Below, piece after piece: positions 1-7,894 of a stretch of DNA of 64,000 nt. The notes beneath the pieces were generated by a model. The model had not been told where the DNA came from and ran no database searches. It saw only the letters and a program-made list of their open reading frames with translations. The position numbers were made by a program, and so were the translations under genes. Each line of letters begins with the position of its first letter. Position 1 is the first letter of the stretch. The stretch spans positions 339-64,338 of the forward strand of contig CAYFLK010000011.1 in NCBI GenBank assembly GCA_964344035.1, written 5' to 3'. Source of the DNA: an uncultured Pseudomonadota bacterium (GTDB lineage: Bacteria > SAR324 > NAC60-12).

Positions 1-274
1 TGCTGGAACTTGTACGGAGATCGACTGCCACGTCAAGGATGTGTCCGGAGGCACAGCGAATCAATTTGGCCTGGGCGTGTTCCCCGTACTGGTAGTGCAA
101 TCCACGCAGGACTCCCTTTTTTGAAAAACACTCGTTCTCCTGAATAAAGCGAATGGGGTTGCCTTCTTGAAGAATCCATTCATCACGCAAGGACTCACAC
201 AGATAACCACGGGAATCATGATGTCTGGTTAAATCCAGAACACGGATACCGGAGATCGGGCACTCAGCCAACAT
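1..274 (-). CDS. rfbC: dTDP-4-dehydrorhamnose 3,5-epimerase, N-terminal part (gene runs off the window edge)
   Basis: Reverse-strand translation from ATG at 274 gives MLAECPISGIRVLDLTRHHDSRGYLCESLRDEW...GVLRGLHYQ..., a typical RmlC cupin N-terminus. It lies directly upstream of rfbD. It is absent from the ORF track because it is truncated by the window edge. Confidence 0.75.
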   Translation of the reverse strand, partial: MLAECPISGIRVLDLTRHHDSRGYLCESLRDEWILQEGNPIRFIQENECFSKKGVLRGLHYQYGEHAQAKLIRCASGHILDVAVDLRTSSS

Positions 275-317
275 GCTGTTCACTTCGTGTTAATTACAGG
301 TGCAATTGTACCAGTCT

Positions 318-1232
318 TCAACCCGGCGCTTCCGTACATTTGTCGAAATAGGCCGTCAAGGCGGATCTCCAGTGCGGAGGCTGCCGTCCGGTTAGTTGAC
401 TGAAAAACCTACAGTCGAGCACCGAGTAGGCAGGCCGTATTGCGGGCAGCGGATATTCCACTGTTGAAACGGGGACCAGTTCCGGCACCCGCTCCAGCCA
501 CCCCCTTTGCCTGGCTTTGTTCAGCACTTCCTCAGCAAAACCAAACCAGCTGCAATGTCCGGAGTTGGCAAAGTGAACCAAACCCTGCGTCGGCTGCGCG
601 TCCACCCCTCCGGGGGAGTGGATCACTCCGCTTCCGCAGATTTCAGTCAGCGCAAGCAGGGCTTCGGCAAGGTGACATGTCCACGTTGGACTGCCGTACT
701 GGTCGTCAACCAACCTCAGGGTGTCCTGTTCGCGAGCAATCCGCAGCATCTTGCCGACGAAATTCTCTCCGCCTTTTCCAAATAGCCGGCTGGTGCGTAC
801 AACAATGTTTTTTGAAGATGATTCAAACACCGCGATTTCACCCTCCCGTTTTGTTTGTCCATAATGATTCAGTGGGGAAGGCGGATCGGTTTCCCGGTAA
901 GGGCGTTTCAATTTCCCGTCAAAAACATAATCCGTGGAAATATGCATCAACGGAATCGATAATTGGGCGCATCGTTTTGCCAGAGTCTTCACCCCCTCGA
1001 CATTAACCCTGTACGAGATTTTCCGCTGCTGTTCCGCACGATCGACATCCGTGTAGGCCGCGCCATTGACCACCCACTCCGCAGCGGAACCTTCCAGCAT
1101 CCGGGCCACTGCGGAAGAATCGGTGACGTCGAGTTCCCGGTGTTTCAAAAACCGGAACCGGCGTCCTTCCTCTCGCAAAAGTCCGCGCAAGGCTTTCATC
1201 GCCATTCCATCAGCACCAGTGAGTAAAAACAT
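318..1232 (-). CDS. rfbD: dTDP-4-dehydrorhamnose reductase
   Basis: 304 aa. The N-terminus MFLLTGADG...LRGLL is a Rossmann fold. ISTDYVFDG and YGQTKREGE motifs are characteristic of RmlD. Adjacent to rfbC. Confidence 0.85.
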   Translation of the reverse strand: MFLLTGADGMAMKALRGLLREEGRRFRFLKHRELDVTDSSAVARMLEGSAAEWVVNGAAYTDVDRAEQQRKISYRVNVEGVKTLAKRCAQLSIPLMHISTDYVFDGKLKRPYRETDPPSPLNHYGQTKREGEIAVFESSSKNIVVRTSRLFGKGGENFVGKMLRIAREQDTLRLVDDQYGSPTWTCHLAEALLALTEICGSGVIHSPGGVDAQPTQGLVHFANSGHCSWFGFAEEVLNKARQRGWLERVPELVPVSTVEYPLPAIRPAYSVLDCRFFSQLTGRQPPHWRSALTAYFDKCTEAPG

Positions 1233-1430
1233 TGGCTAGTGAGTTGGCGGTGGTACGGAGGAGTCGTGATTAAGGCTGGAAGCTGTTCTGCCCCTGGAGG
1301 GTGAGATTAAATCCTGTATCTGTGTGAAATCTATGGCCAAGGCCAATCAAAACCGGCGAGGATAGGGTTTTTGATCGAAAACTTACTCTGGAGTCCGGGA
1401 ACAGTGTGTTCTTGCTTCGGGAATGTTAAT

Positions 1431-1766
1431 TCAATTCCAGAACTTGAGCACCCCGATGACAATCCCGCCCGTGGTGAGGGTTATACCGAAGGACCAAACC
1501 ATGAACCTGTCAATACGCTGGGTAAGAGTCTCGAAGCGTTTTTCCATTTTTTCGAAACGCTTGTCCACCTGTTCGAAACGCTTGTCCATCTGAACGAGGA
1601 TCTGCTGAATCAGTTCCCGCTGGTGTTTCAGTTCCTCCTCAACCCGCACCATCCGTTCACGCAGTTCAAATTCATGCACGGCCTGTGGTTTGCCGAAATT
1701 GGTTTCCACCAACCATTCGCCGATGTGCTGTTTGATGAACTCGATATCTTCAGTCGCAAGGGACAT
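1431..1766 (-). CDS. hypothetical small coiled-coil protein with C-terminal transmembrane segment
   Basis: 111 aa. Internal direct amino-acid repeats DKRFEQV/DKRFEKM/EKRFETL, matching nucleotide repeats ttcgaaacgcttgtcca x2 on the opposite strand. Hydrophobic C-terminus FGITLTTGGIVIGVL. Confidence 0.5.
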   Translation of the reverse strand: MSLATEDIEFIKQHIGEWLVETNFGKPQAVHEFELRERMVRVEEELKHQRELIQQILVQMDKRFEQVDKRFEKMEKRFETLTQRIDRFMVWSFGITLTTGGIVIGVLKFWN

Positions 1767-1839
1767 GACAAAACCTTGGTGAATTGAAGAAGCAACTTCA
1801 AACTACCACAGAAATAAGAAATTGCCAATCGATTCACCT

Positions 1840-1942
1840 CCGTAGGGGAAGCCCTATGTGAATGCCGTAGGGGTAGACCAATGTGTCCGCCGTAAGGGCA
1901 TACTTTCGTGTTTGCGGTAGGGGCAGACCTACGTGTCTGCCC
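1840..1942. repeat. four tandem ~25-bp degenerate direct repeats (CCGTAGGGGNAGACCNATGTG...), the last forming a perfect hairpin GGGCAGAC-CTACGT-GTCTGCCC at 1921-1942
   Basis: Read directly: ccgtaggggaagccctatgtgaatg / ccgtaggggtagaccaatgtgtccg / ccgtaagggcatactttcgtgtttg / cggtaggggcagacctacgtgtctg. The same GTAGGGGCAGAC/GTCTGCCCCTAC module recurs at 15885-16014. Confidence 0.7.
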
Positions 1943-1964
1943 AAGTTTGTGTCTGCCCTGGGAG

Positions 1965-4130
1965 TCACGGGGTCAGGATCCCGATGCTGTAGAGGATGGC
2001 GACAGTGGTAAAAGTTTTGAAGATGATGTCAACAACGGTCGCATATTCCTTAATCGCCGATTCCTTCGGCCTCAGGTCAGGAGGCGCCACGATTGTGTCA
2101 CCGGCACTTATTTCATACCCGGAATCCCGCACCACCAGTCCGCTGGCCTGGATCACGTAGACATCGTCCGCGTTCGTGGAATTGCGAAGACCTCCGAGTT
2201 GGTCGATGTAGAATGTCGCTGTTTTTCCTTCCACCAGCGGCAGGGACGCCTCGCCAAGCGTTTCTCCCTTGACCATCACAATTCGCGTGACCGGAGGGAT
2301 GGTGAGCACGTCTCCGTCCATCAGTTCAACGTCATCGGCGGTGCCGACAAAATCAGCGAGGGTTTTGAGTTTAAGAACCAGGCGTCCGAGGTTTATATCC
2401 TGTATTTTCACCGATTTGTCGGCTTGCGCCTCGTTTAATCCCTGACGAATGGCGTTGATCGCCTTCAACTGGGTGTCCGGGGAGGTGAGGCTTGATGCCG
2501 CTGCAACCGTGCTTTGCAGCAGGGCGTGGTCGATGTCCTTGCGCAACCTGGTGTCAATCGCCACCTCGCGGCTGCGCAACATTCTGCGTGTGAAAACCGC
2601 CGCCTCGAGGAAAGCTTTCTTGGTAAATCCTCCCGCCTTTTTGAGCACGTCGCTCAAGCGTTCTCCCTGAATGAACTCGTATGTCCCGGGAAAGCGCACC
2701 TCGCCGTTAATGGTGACATATCCCGGTTCACGATAACCGGCAAGATGCCTGATCAGCACCGAATCTCCGTGCCGGAGATTGAATTCCGGCTGAGTGGTCA
2801 GCTTGTGCGGGTCCAGTTTGATGCGGTAGATCTGGCGCAGGCTTTCTCCATTCCGGTATTCCCAGCGGGAGATGTATGCCGTCAGGTCTGTTGCTTCTGG
2901 ATGGTCCAGACCTCCCGCGGCGAGAATCAGGTCGCTCATCTGCATCTGATCCAGCAAAGGGTAGTTCCCGGGTTTTCGGATTACCGAACCGTTGACAATG
3001 ACCATTTTGTCTTCCACTGGAGGAAAAACTTTCAGCACATCATGGTCCCGGAGCAGCAGTGACCGGGAGGACGTTTCATCAAGTGAAACACGGATCAGCG
3101 AACGCCCGGTTCCGGGGATGCTGCGCTCGATCTGCACCAGCCCCGGGTCTGAATCCGGGAGCGTGCCGCCGGCAAGGGCGATTCCTTCTTCAACGCTGGT
3201 GTTTCCGTCCAGTTCGTAAATCGCAGGGCGGCGCACCATCCCTGAGACTGATACCGCGTTTTTCAGCAGCGGGATGAAAAGAGTGTCTCCGCTTTTCAGC
3301 GACACCTCGCTGAGTGAATTGCCTGCAAGGAAGTAGTCATAGAGATCGACTTCAGCGACCTTTTCTCCACCGCGCTTCCATTGAATACGGCGCAGGCTTC
3401 CGCTTTTTTTCACTCCCCCGACCAATGCCAGCACGTTGTAGACAGACGCGATGGCCGGCACGCGGTGCAGTCCCGGACGCTTGGCTTCCCCGACCACGTT
3501 GACCTGGATCGAACGCAGCCGCCCCAGCGTCGCGTAGAGAAACTTGGTCTTTTCGCGCAATTCTTCGTTGAGTTGCTCCAGCGTCAGGTTCCACGCCTGT
3601 ATCGGACGCACCCCGGGGATGTGCAGCAGCCCGCTCGGGTCCACCTGCAACCCCTGCCCGTTTGCGGAAAGCAGCCCGCTTTCTTTGCCGAGGCTGTCAT
3701 GAATCAGCACCTCGTCTCCGGGACCAAGGAAGTAACTGAGCGGCAGTGACTGATTCGCAATCGGATCAAACTGAAAACGGTCCGCGCGCAGCTGCTCATA
3801 CCCGAATTGCCTCAGCGGTTTTTCCCCGGTCAAACCCGGGTTCAGCTTCGGCTGCAGCTTTTTTTCCAGATCGGAAATAATCACCTTTTCCGGCAATACC
3901 GACGGAAACCGCGGTGTTTCCATGTCCGTTGGGGTTTGCTCTTGCGGAACAGTTGTTTGCGGTTGTCGTAGCTGCGTAAACCCTGGTTCACCATCCGCCT
4001 GTGAAGAAGAGGGTGCCTGTGACATATCCTGGTAGAGCTGCGACCACTGTTGAGCCGTGGGGGTCTGCGCGGTAAGTTGCGTGTTCCAGCCAAAGAGCGC
4101 GACCACACATAACAGGGCAAAAGGTTTCAT
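1965..4130 (-). CDS. polysaccharide biosynthesis/export protein (Wza/KpsD-like, SLBB domains) with long Q/P/T-rich N-terminal region
   Basis: The ORF spans 1965-4160. The likely start is the internal Met (MKPFALLCVVALFGW, a signal peptide) at 4130. The sequence has multiple soluble-ligand-binding beta-grasp-like repeats. Representative motifs are GPGDEVLIHDSLG, GSVIRKPGNYPL and GEVRFPGTYEF. The C-terminus is a transmembrane helix. Confidence 0.65.
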   Translation of the reverse strand: MKPFALLCVVALFGWNTQLTAQTPTAQQWSQLYQDMSQAPSSSQADGEPGFTQLRQPQTTVPQEQTPTDMETPRFPSVLPEKVIISDLEKKLQPKLNPGLTGEKPLRQFGYEQLRADRFQFDPIANQSLPLSYFLGPGDEVLIHDSLGKESGLLSANGQGLQVDPSGLLHIPGVRPIQAWNLTLEQLNEELREKTKFLYATLGRLRSIQVNVVGEAKRPGLHRVPAIASVYNVLALVGGVKKSGSLRRIQWKRGGEKVAEVDLYDYFLAGNSLSEVSLKSGDTLFIPLLKNAVSVSGMVRRPAIYELDGNTSVEEGIALAGGTLPDSDPGLVQIERSIPGTGRSLIRVSLDETSSRSLLLRDHDVLKVFPPVEDKMVIVNGSVIRKPGNYPLLDQMQMSDLILAAGGLDHPEATDLTAYISRWEYRNGESLRQIYRIKLDPHKLTTQPEFNLRHGDSVLIRHLAGYREPGYVTINGEVRFPGTYEFIQGERLSDVLKKAGGFTKKAFLEAAVFTRRMLRSREVAIDTRLRKDIDHALLQSTVAAASSLTSPDTQLKAINAIRQGLNEAQADKSVKIQDINLGRLVLKLKTLADFVGTADDVELMDGDVLTIPPVTRIVMVKGETLGEASLPLVEGKTATFYIDQLGGLRNSTNADDVYVIQASGLVVRDSGYEISAGDTIVAPPDLRPKESAIKEYATVVDIIFKTFTTVAILYSIGILTP

Positions 4131-4555
4131 GCAATTGTAATTGACGTTTGTTTTCAGCATAATGGTTTGGAAATTTCAGTTCAGAAAGCCGCTGGATCCT
4201 GTGGAATTAGAATTGAAAATGGGAAAAAGCATCCTGCAAGGATTCCTTGCCGGGAACCAGGATTTTGATTGCGGACAAATCTTTAAGGATGGCATTCCCC
4301 AGGTGGACGTGAAAAACAGTGAGGGATAATTTTCAGCAGGATAAGGCTGTGATTATAACAGTGCTGAGTCCGGAAACAAGGAGAGACTCACCTCCAAAAA
4401 ATGTATAAGAACGTCTCAAACCATCCGGACAACAGCGCATGGTTCTATCAAATCTAGACTCGTATGTACTTCAACGAGTACACGTTTACCCGGGGATGCG
4501 GGATTAATTTCTATCAATTGAAAACCAATGTCGAGTTGAATCCTTTTTAGCCTTT

Positions 4556-4652
4556 CCGTAGTTGGGTTGGCGTGAGCGTAAGCCAGCATTTCATCATGTG
4601 CTTTCTGCGTATTGTCGGGTTACGCCGCCGAAGCGTCTAACCCGACCTACGG
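4556..4652. repeat. inverted-repeat-flanked REP/MITE-like element (CCGTAGTTGGGTTGG ... CTAACCCGACCTACGG)
   Basis: The imperfect terminal inverted repeats were read directly. It has CCGTAG/CTACGG ends like the other palindromic repeats in the window. It is intergenic. Confidence 0.5.
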
Positions 4653-4706
4653 AATGCGGCGGAATTCGGTGTATTTTAGAAAAACAGGGGTTGGTTTGAG
4701 CTTTTA

Positions 4707-4730
4707 CGGGCCGCCCTAACGGGCGGCCCG
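4707..4730 (-). terminator. GC-rich hairpin CGGGCCGCCC-TAAC-GGGCGGCCCG 30 nt past the stop of the 929-aa lipoprotein gene
   Basis: Perfect 10-bp stem with a 4-nt loop. The downstream U-tract is weak, so either a rho-independent terminator or an RNA-stability hairpin. Confidence 0.4.
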
Positions 4731-4759
4731 CGGAAGGGTCAAATAATCAAATAATCAAG

Positions 4760-7513
4760 TCACTGCCCGCCCCGAACGCACCTGGCATAGTAGTTATTGG
4801 TCTTATTGTAGTTGTACACGCCGCCGTTGTTGAAGTACACGTACCATGCGTAGGACGTGTTGCTCACAAGGGTAGTGGACGACCAATAGTTCGAGGACTG
4901 TGTATTTAAGAAATAAGCAGTGTCGATGGTTGGGTAAAAGGCTCTATCTACCAAGCTGAACAACTGATCCTTGCTGGGCAGCCACCAGTCGTTGTAGCCG
5001 GCGAGGGAGAGGCCGGAGCAGTAAGCCGCGGCCTCAGACCAATTTCGTCCTATTGCATCATCCTGCTTCTGCCACATCAGGTTGTGCTGGTTGTCGGTGA
5101 CGGTTCCGTCGCCGTTGTCCGTGTAACGGGTGGTGGCGTTGTCCGAGGAAGAAAAGTGATACAGTTCCGGTTGGGTGGAGGGATCGTCCACGGAGGAGGA
5201 GTTGTCCCGCCACCAGGAACGCCGGAACGAGGAATTATCGAAAATCCAGCGGTTCCAGGCCGTATAGTTCGTGTTCCCGCCGAGAGTTCGGTATTCCCCG
5301 GTGCCGATGTTCCCCTGGGCAGTCCATTCCCCCCATCCGGAATAATTGCCGTTCAGCCAGTCCGCGCCGCTGGTGGTGCCGGCGTAAAGCGACCGCTCGC
5401 TTTCCGTGGCGGATACGGAATAGGATCCATAGGCGCTCGTATAATTGTCCACGCTAACGTTGTCCCAGGCGCTGATTTCGTAGGCGATCAGGCTGGAGCA
5501 GTTGTCGTCGGAGTAGAGGTACGTCTCGTCTGAAACGGAAGCATTGTCGGTTACCACCGTCGCGTAGCGGGCCGCCCGCATGTCGGAGGGTCCGTTGGTA
5601 CCCCAGTTTTGCGGCATGCAGTAACTCGCGTAGGAACCGGAGAGGATGCTGCCGCCGACCGGGATGCTTCCGGAAGCAATCGCGACCATGCTGCTGAAGG
5701 GCTGCCAGGTCCCGGAGCTGGAATAGGAGTTATCCCATTCGCAGGCCATCGGAGGATAATAGCCCGCGCTCAGCGGGGCGAACACTTCGCAGCCGAGGTT
5801 GGTGGGAAAACCGCCGGTCGCGTTGTCGCTCAATTTCTGGTCGCCCATGCGCAGCGTGTTGTTGTCGTTGATAGACATGATTTCCTTAAAGGGCTCGCCG
5901 GCGGGCGGCATGTCTTCCAAATCGGCGCATCCCGTGACGTCCTTGGCCACGCCGACGGCCCAGTCCGAATATCCGCAGAGGGTGGTGGAATTGTCCCGAG
6001 TCATGTGCCCGACCCAGTTCAGGTCGTAAAAAGTCAGGTCGCTCGACTGTATGGTTACATCAACCTGGGTGGCGCTCTGGTTGTCGACGGTGACCTGGTT
6101 CCCCTCGACGAAGGTGAACTGATGATTGAATATCATCCCGACTGTCCCGACGCAGCTTCCGTTGTCGCTGCCGCCCTGCTCGGTGTTGAAGCTTTCATGC
6201 CTGTACTGACCGGTACTCCCGCTGATGGTGAACGTGGATTTCTGGTCGTTATTTGAAAAAAATCCGCCGGTGGAGCATGCGACCCAGGTCCCCTCGAATG
6301 TGGAGGAGCAACTGGTTCCATCACAGATGACCGGCGGCTGATAGGCGTATGGTATCAGTTCGAAATCGACCGTGGTCGCGCCGTCGATGTTCGCCTGGCA
6401 GAGGGTGTAGTTGTCGCCGTCGGTTTCACACACGGTGACGCGCAGGATGCCGTCGTCTGTGTCCCGGTAACCCTGCATCACCGCCTGCATGCGGCCCACC
6501 CCGACGTCCGGACGGGAAGCGTCGGTGAGGTCGATGAGGGTGAAATTGTCAAAGACGCGCGGTTCGCCGAGCAGGTACTCCCAGCTTACGTCGAGGCTGT
6601 TGAATGGTTCGTCGTCGCTGACGAGAACGGTCCACTCGAGGCTGCTGTTGTCGATGCGCTCGGCGCTCAGGCTTTCTATCACCGGGTTGGCGTCAACCGT
6701 TGTTTCGGATTCGATCGGTCCGGTTACATAGACTTTGAAGGTTACCGTCACCCCGATTTCCTGCTCGTTGGAGACGCGCACCTGAAGGTCCTGCGCGCTG
6801 GGCAGGTCGGGGGCGCTGTAGGTGGTGGCGATGTCCGGATATGTACTGCTGTTGTCTAACGTGTGCGTTCCTTTTTCCGGGTTGAAGCTGCCGCCGGTCA
6901 AGGGGTCTTTTGGCAGAGACTGGTTGTCGATCGAGCGGAAGCGGTAGAGCAGCGGCTGCAGATCGGTGTTGATCACCGTCACCAGGATGCTGCCGTTGTC
7001 GGTTTTTTCGAGCTGGAACGGACGGTTGATGCGCGTGATGCGCGGGACGCTTAAGTTTCGTTCATCGAGCATCGGCACGAGCCGCAGCGAGAGGGCGTTT
7101 GTGCCTTCGTTCACCGTGTGCTGCGTCTCCCCGCGGAAGATCTCCACATACGCGCTTGTGTTGTCTGGGGAGTTGTCCGATTTGTAAGCGTGTCCGGTGA
7201 TGGTGTAATCGAAGCTGACGATGAGGTTATGAATCGTCCCCTGCCAGCGCGAGGTGTTGTCCCGCGTGAGCGCGAAATCGGTGACAACCTCGCGGTTGTC
7301 GAAGTTACGCTTGATTTCTAAGGCGAGCCTCTCGATTTCATCGAAGGTGCCGAGGAAGCGTTCCGCGCGGGAGGACCCGCCGAGATCCACCTCCAGCGTC
7401 ACCGTTTCCGGGACCGCGTTTTCCAGGGTTTTTTGTTCTTCCTGCATGGCGCAGCCCCAGATGAGCAGCCCGGTAAGCAACGCGCCGCAGACGCTCTTCA
7501 TAACCGTTTTCAT
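4760..7513 (-). CDS. large secreted lipoprotein with C-terminal DUF1566 (Lcl C-terminal-like) domain
   Basis: Start placed at ATG 7513 (MKTVMKSVCGALLTGLLIWGC), preceded by the strong RBS GGAGGATGG. Lipobox-like cysteine. S/T/N/G/Y/W-rich body. The C-terminal ~150 aa carry the DUF1566 signature TVTDNQHNLMWQKQ...WSEAAAYCSGL...GYNDWWLPSKDQLFSLVD. Confidence 0.7.
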   Translation of the reverse strand: MKTVMKSVCGALLTGLLIWGCAMQEEQKTLENAVPETVTLEVDLGGSSRAERFLGTFDEIERLALEIKRNFDNREVVTDFALTRDNTSRWQGTIHNLIVSFDYTITGHAYKSDNSPDNTSAYVEIFRGETQHTVNEGTNALSLRLVPMLDERNLSVPRITRINRPFQLEKTDNGSILVTVINTDLQPLLYRFRSIDNQSLPKDPLTGGSFNPEKGTHTLDNSSTYPDIATTYSAPDLPSAQDLQVRVSNEQEIGVTVTFKVYVTGPIESETTVDANPVIESLSAERIDNSSLEWTVLVSDDEPFNSLDVSWEYLLGEPRVFDNFTLIDLTDASRPDVGVGRMQAVMQGYRDTDDGILRVTVCETDGDNYTLCQANIDGATTVDFELIPYAYQPPVICDGTSCSSTFEGTWVACSTGGFFSNNDQKSTFTISGSTGQYRHESFNTEQGGSDNGSCVGTVGMIFNHQFTFVEGNQVTVDNQSATQVDVTIQSSDLTFYDLNWVGHMTRDNSTTLCGYSDWAVGVAKDVTGCADLEDMPPAGEPFKEIMSINDNNTLRMGDQKLSDNATGGFPTNLGCEVFAPLSAGYYPPMACEWDNSYSSSGTWQPFSSMVAIASGSIPVGGSILSGSYASYCMPQNWGTNGPSDMRAARYATVVTDNASVSDETYLYSDDNCSSLIAYEISAWDNVSVDNYTSAYGSYSVSATESERSLYAGTTSGADWLNGNYSGWGEWTAQGNIGTGEYRTLGGNTNYTAWNRWIFDNSSFRRSWWRDNSSSVDDPSTQPELYHFSSSDNATTRYTDNGDGTVTDNQHNLMWQKQDDAIGRNWSEAAAYCSGLSLAGYNDWWLPSKDQLFSLVDRAFYPTIDTAYFLNTQSSNYWSSTTLVSNTSYAWYVYFNNGGVYNYNKTNNYYARCVRGGQ

Positions 7514-7789
7514 ACCATCCTCCAGTATGAAGGTTGAAGCCCGCATCACCCCCCTTGATCCCGGACCGGGTTGGATGTTTCCATTACCTGCCGGTTATGG
7601 AAACAATGCGAGTCTAAAATGACTTGAACATTTACTTCTGTGGTTTACTCGCTTTTGCCCTGTTTATTCGTTTCCACGTTTTGATGCAAGAGGAATGCAG
7701 TAAAGTGACGGAGAACGCCATACATGCATCCCCATGCTGAGCTTGGGAACGGTTTTCCTGCATATAACCGCTCTTTGTTTTACAAAGGT

Positions 7790-7870
7790 CCCTCACCCTT
7801 GCCTTCTCCCGAGGGGGGATGGAGGAGCAAGGACGATTCCTTCTCCCGGAGGAGAGGAACAGGGTGAGGG
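7790..7870 (-). terminator. long imperfect hairpin (CCCTCACCCTTGCCTTCTCCCGAGG ... CCGGAGGAGAGGAACAGGGTGAGGG) downstream of the 659-aa lipoprotein gene
   Basis: An inverted repeat of ~25 nt per arm, read directly. It lies 25 nt past the stop codon on the coding strand. It shares the motif CTCACCC..CTCTCCCGGAGG with the intergenic element at 13262-13300. Confidence 0.45.
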
Positions 7871-7894
7871 GGTAGTTTTCACGCATAAGGCCGA

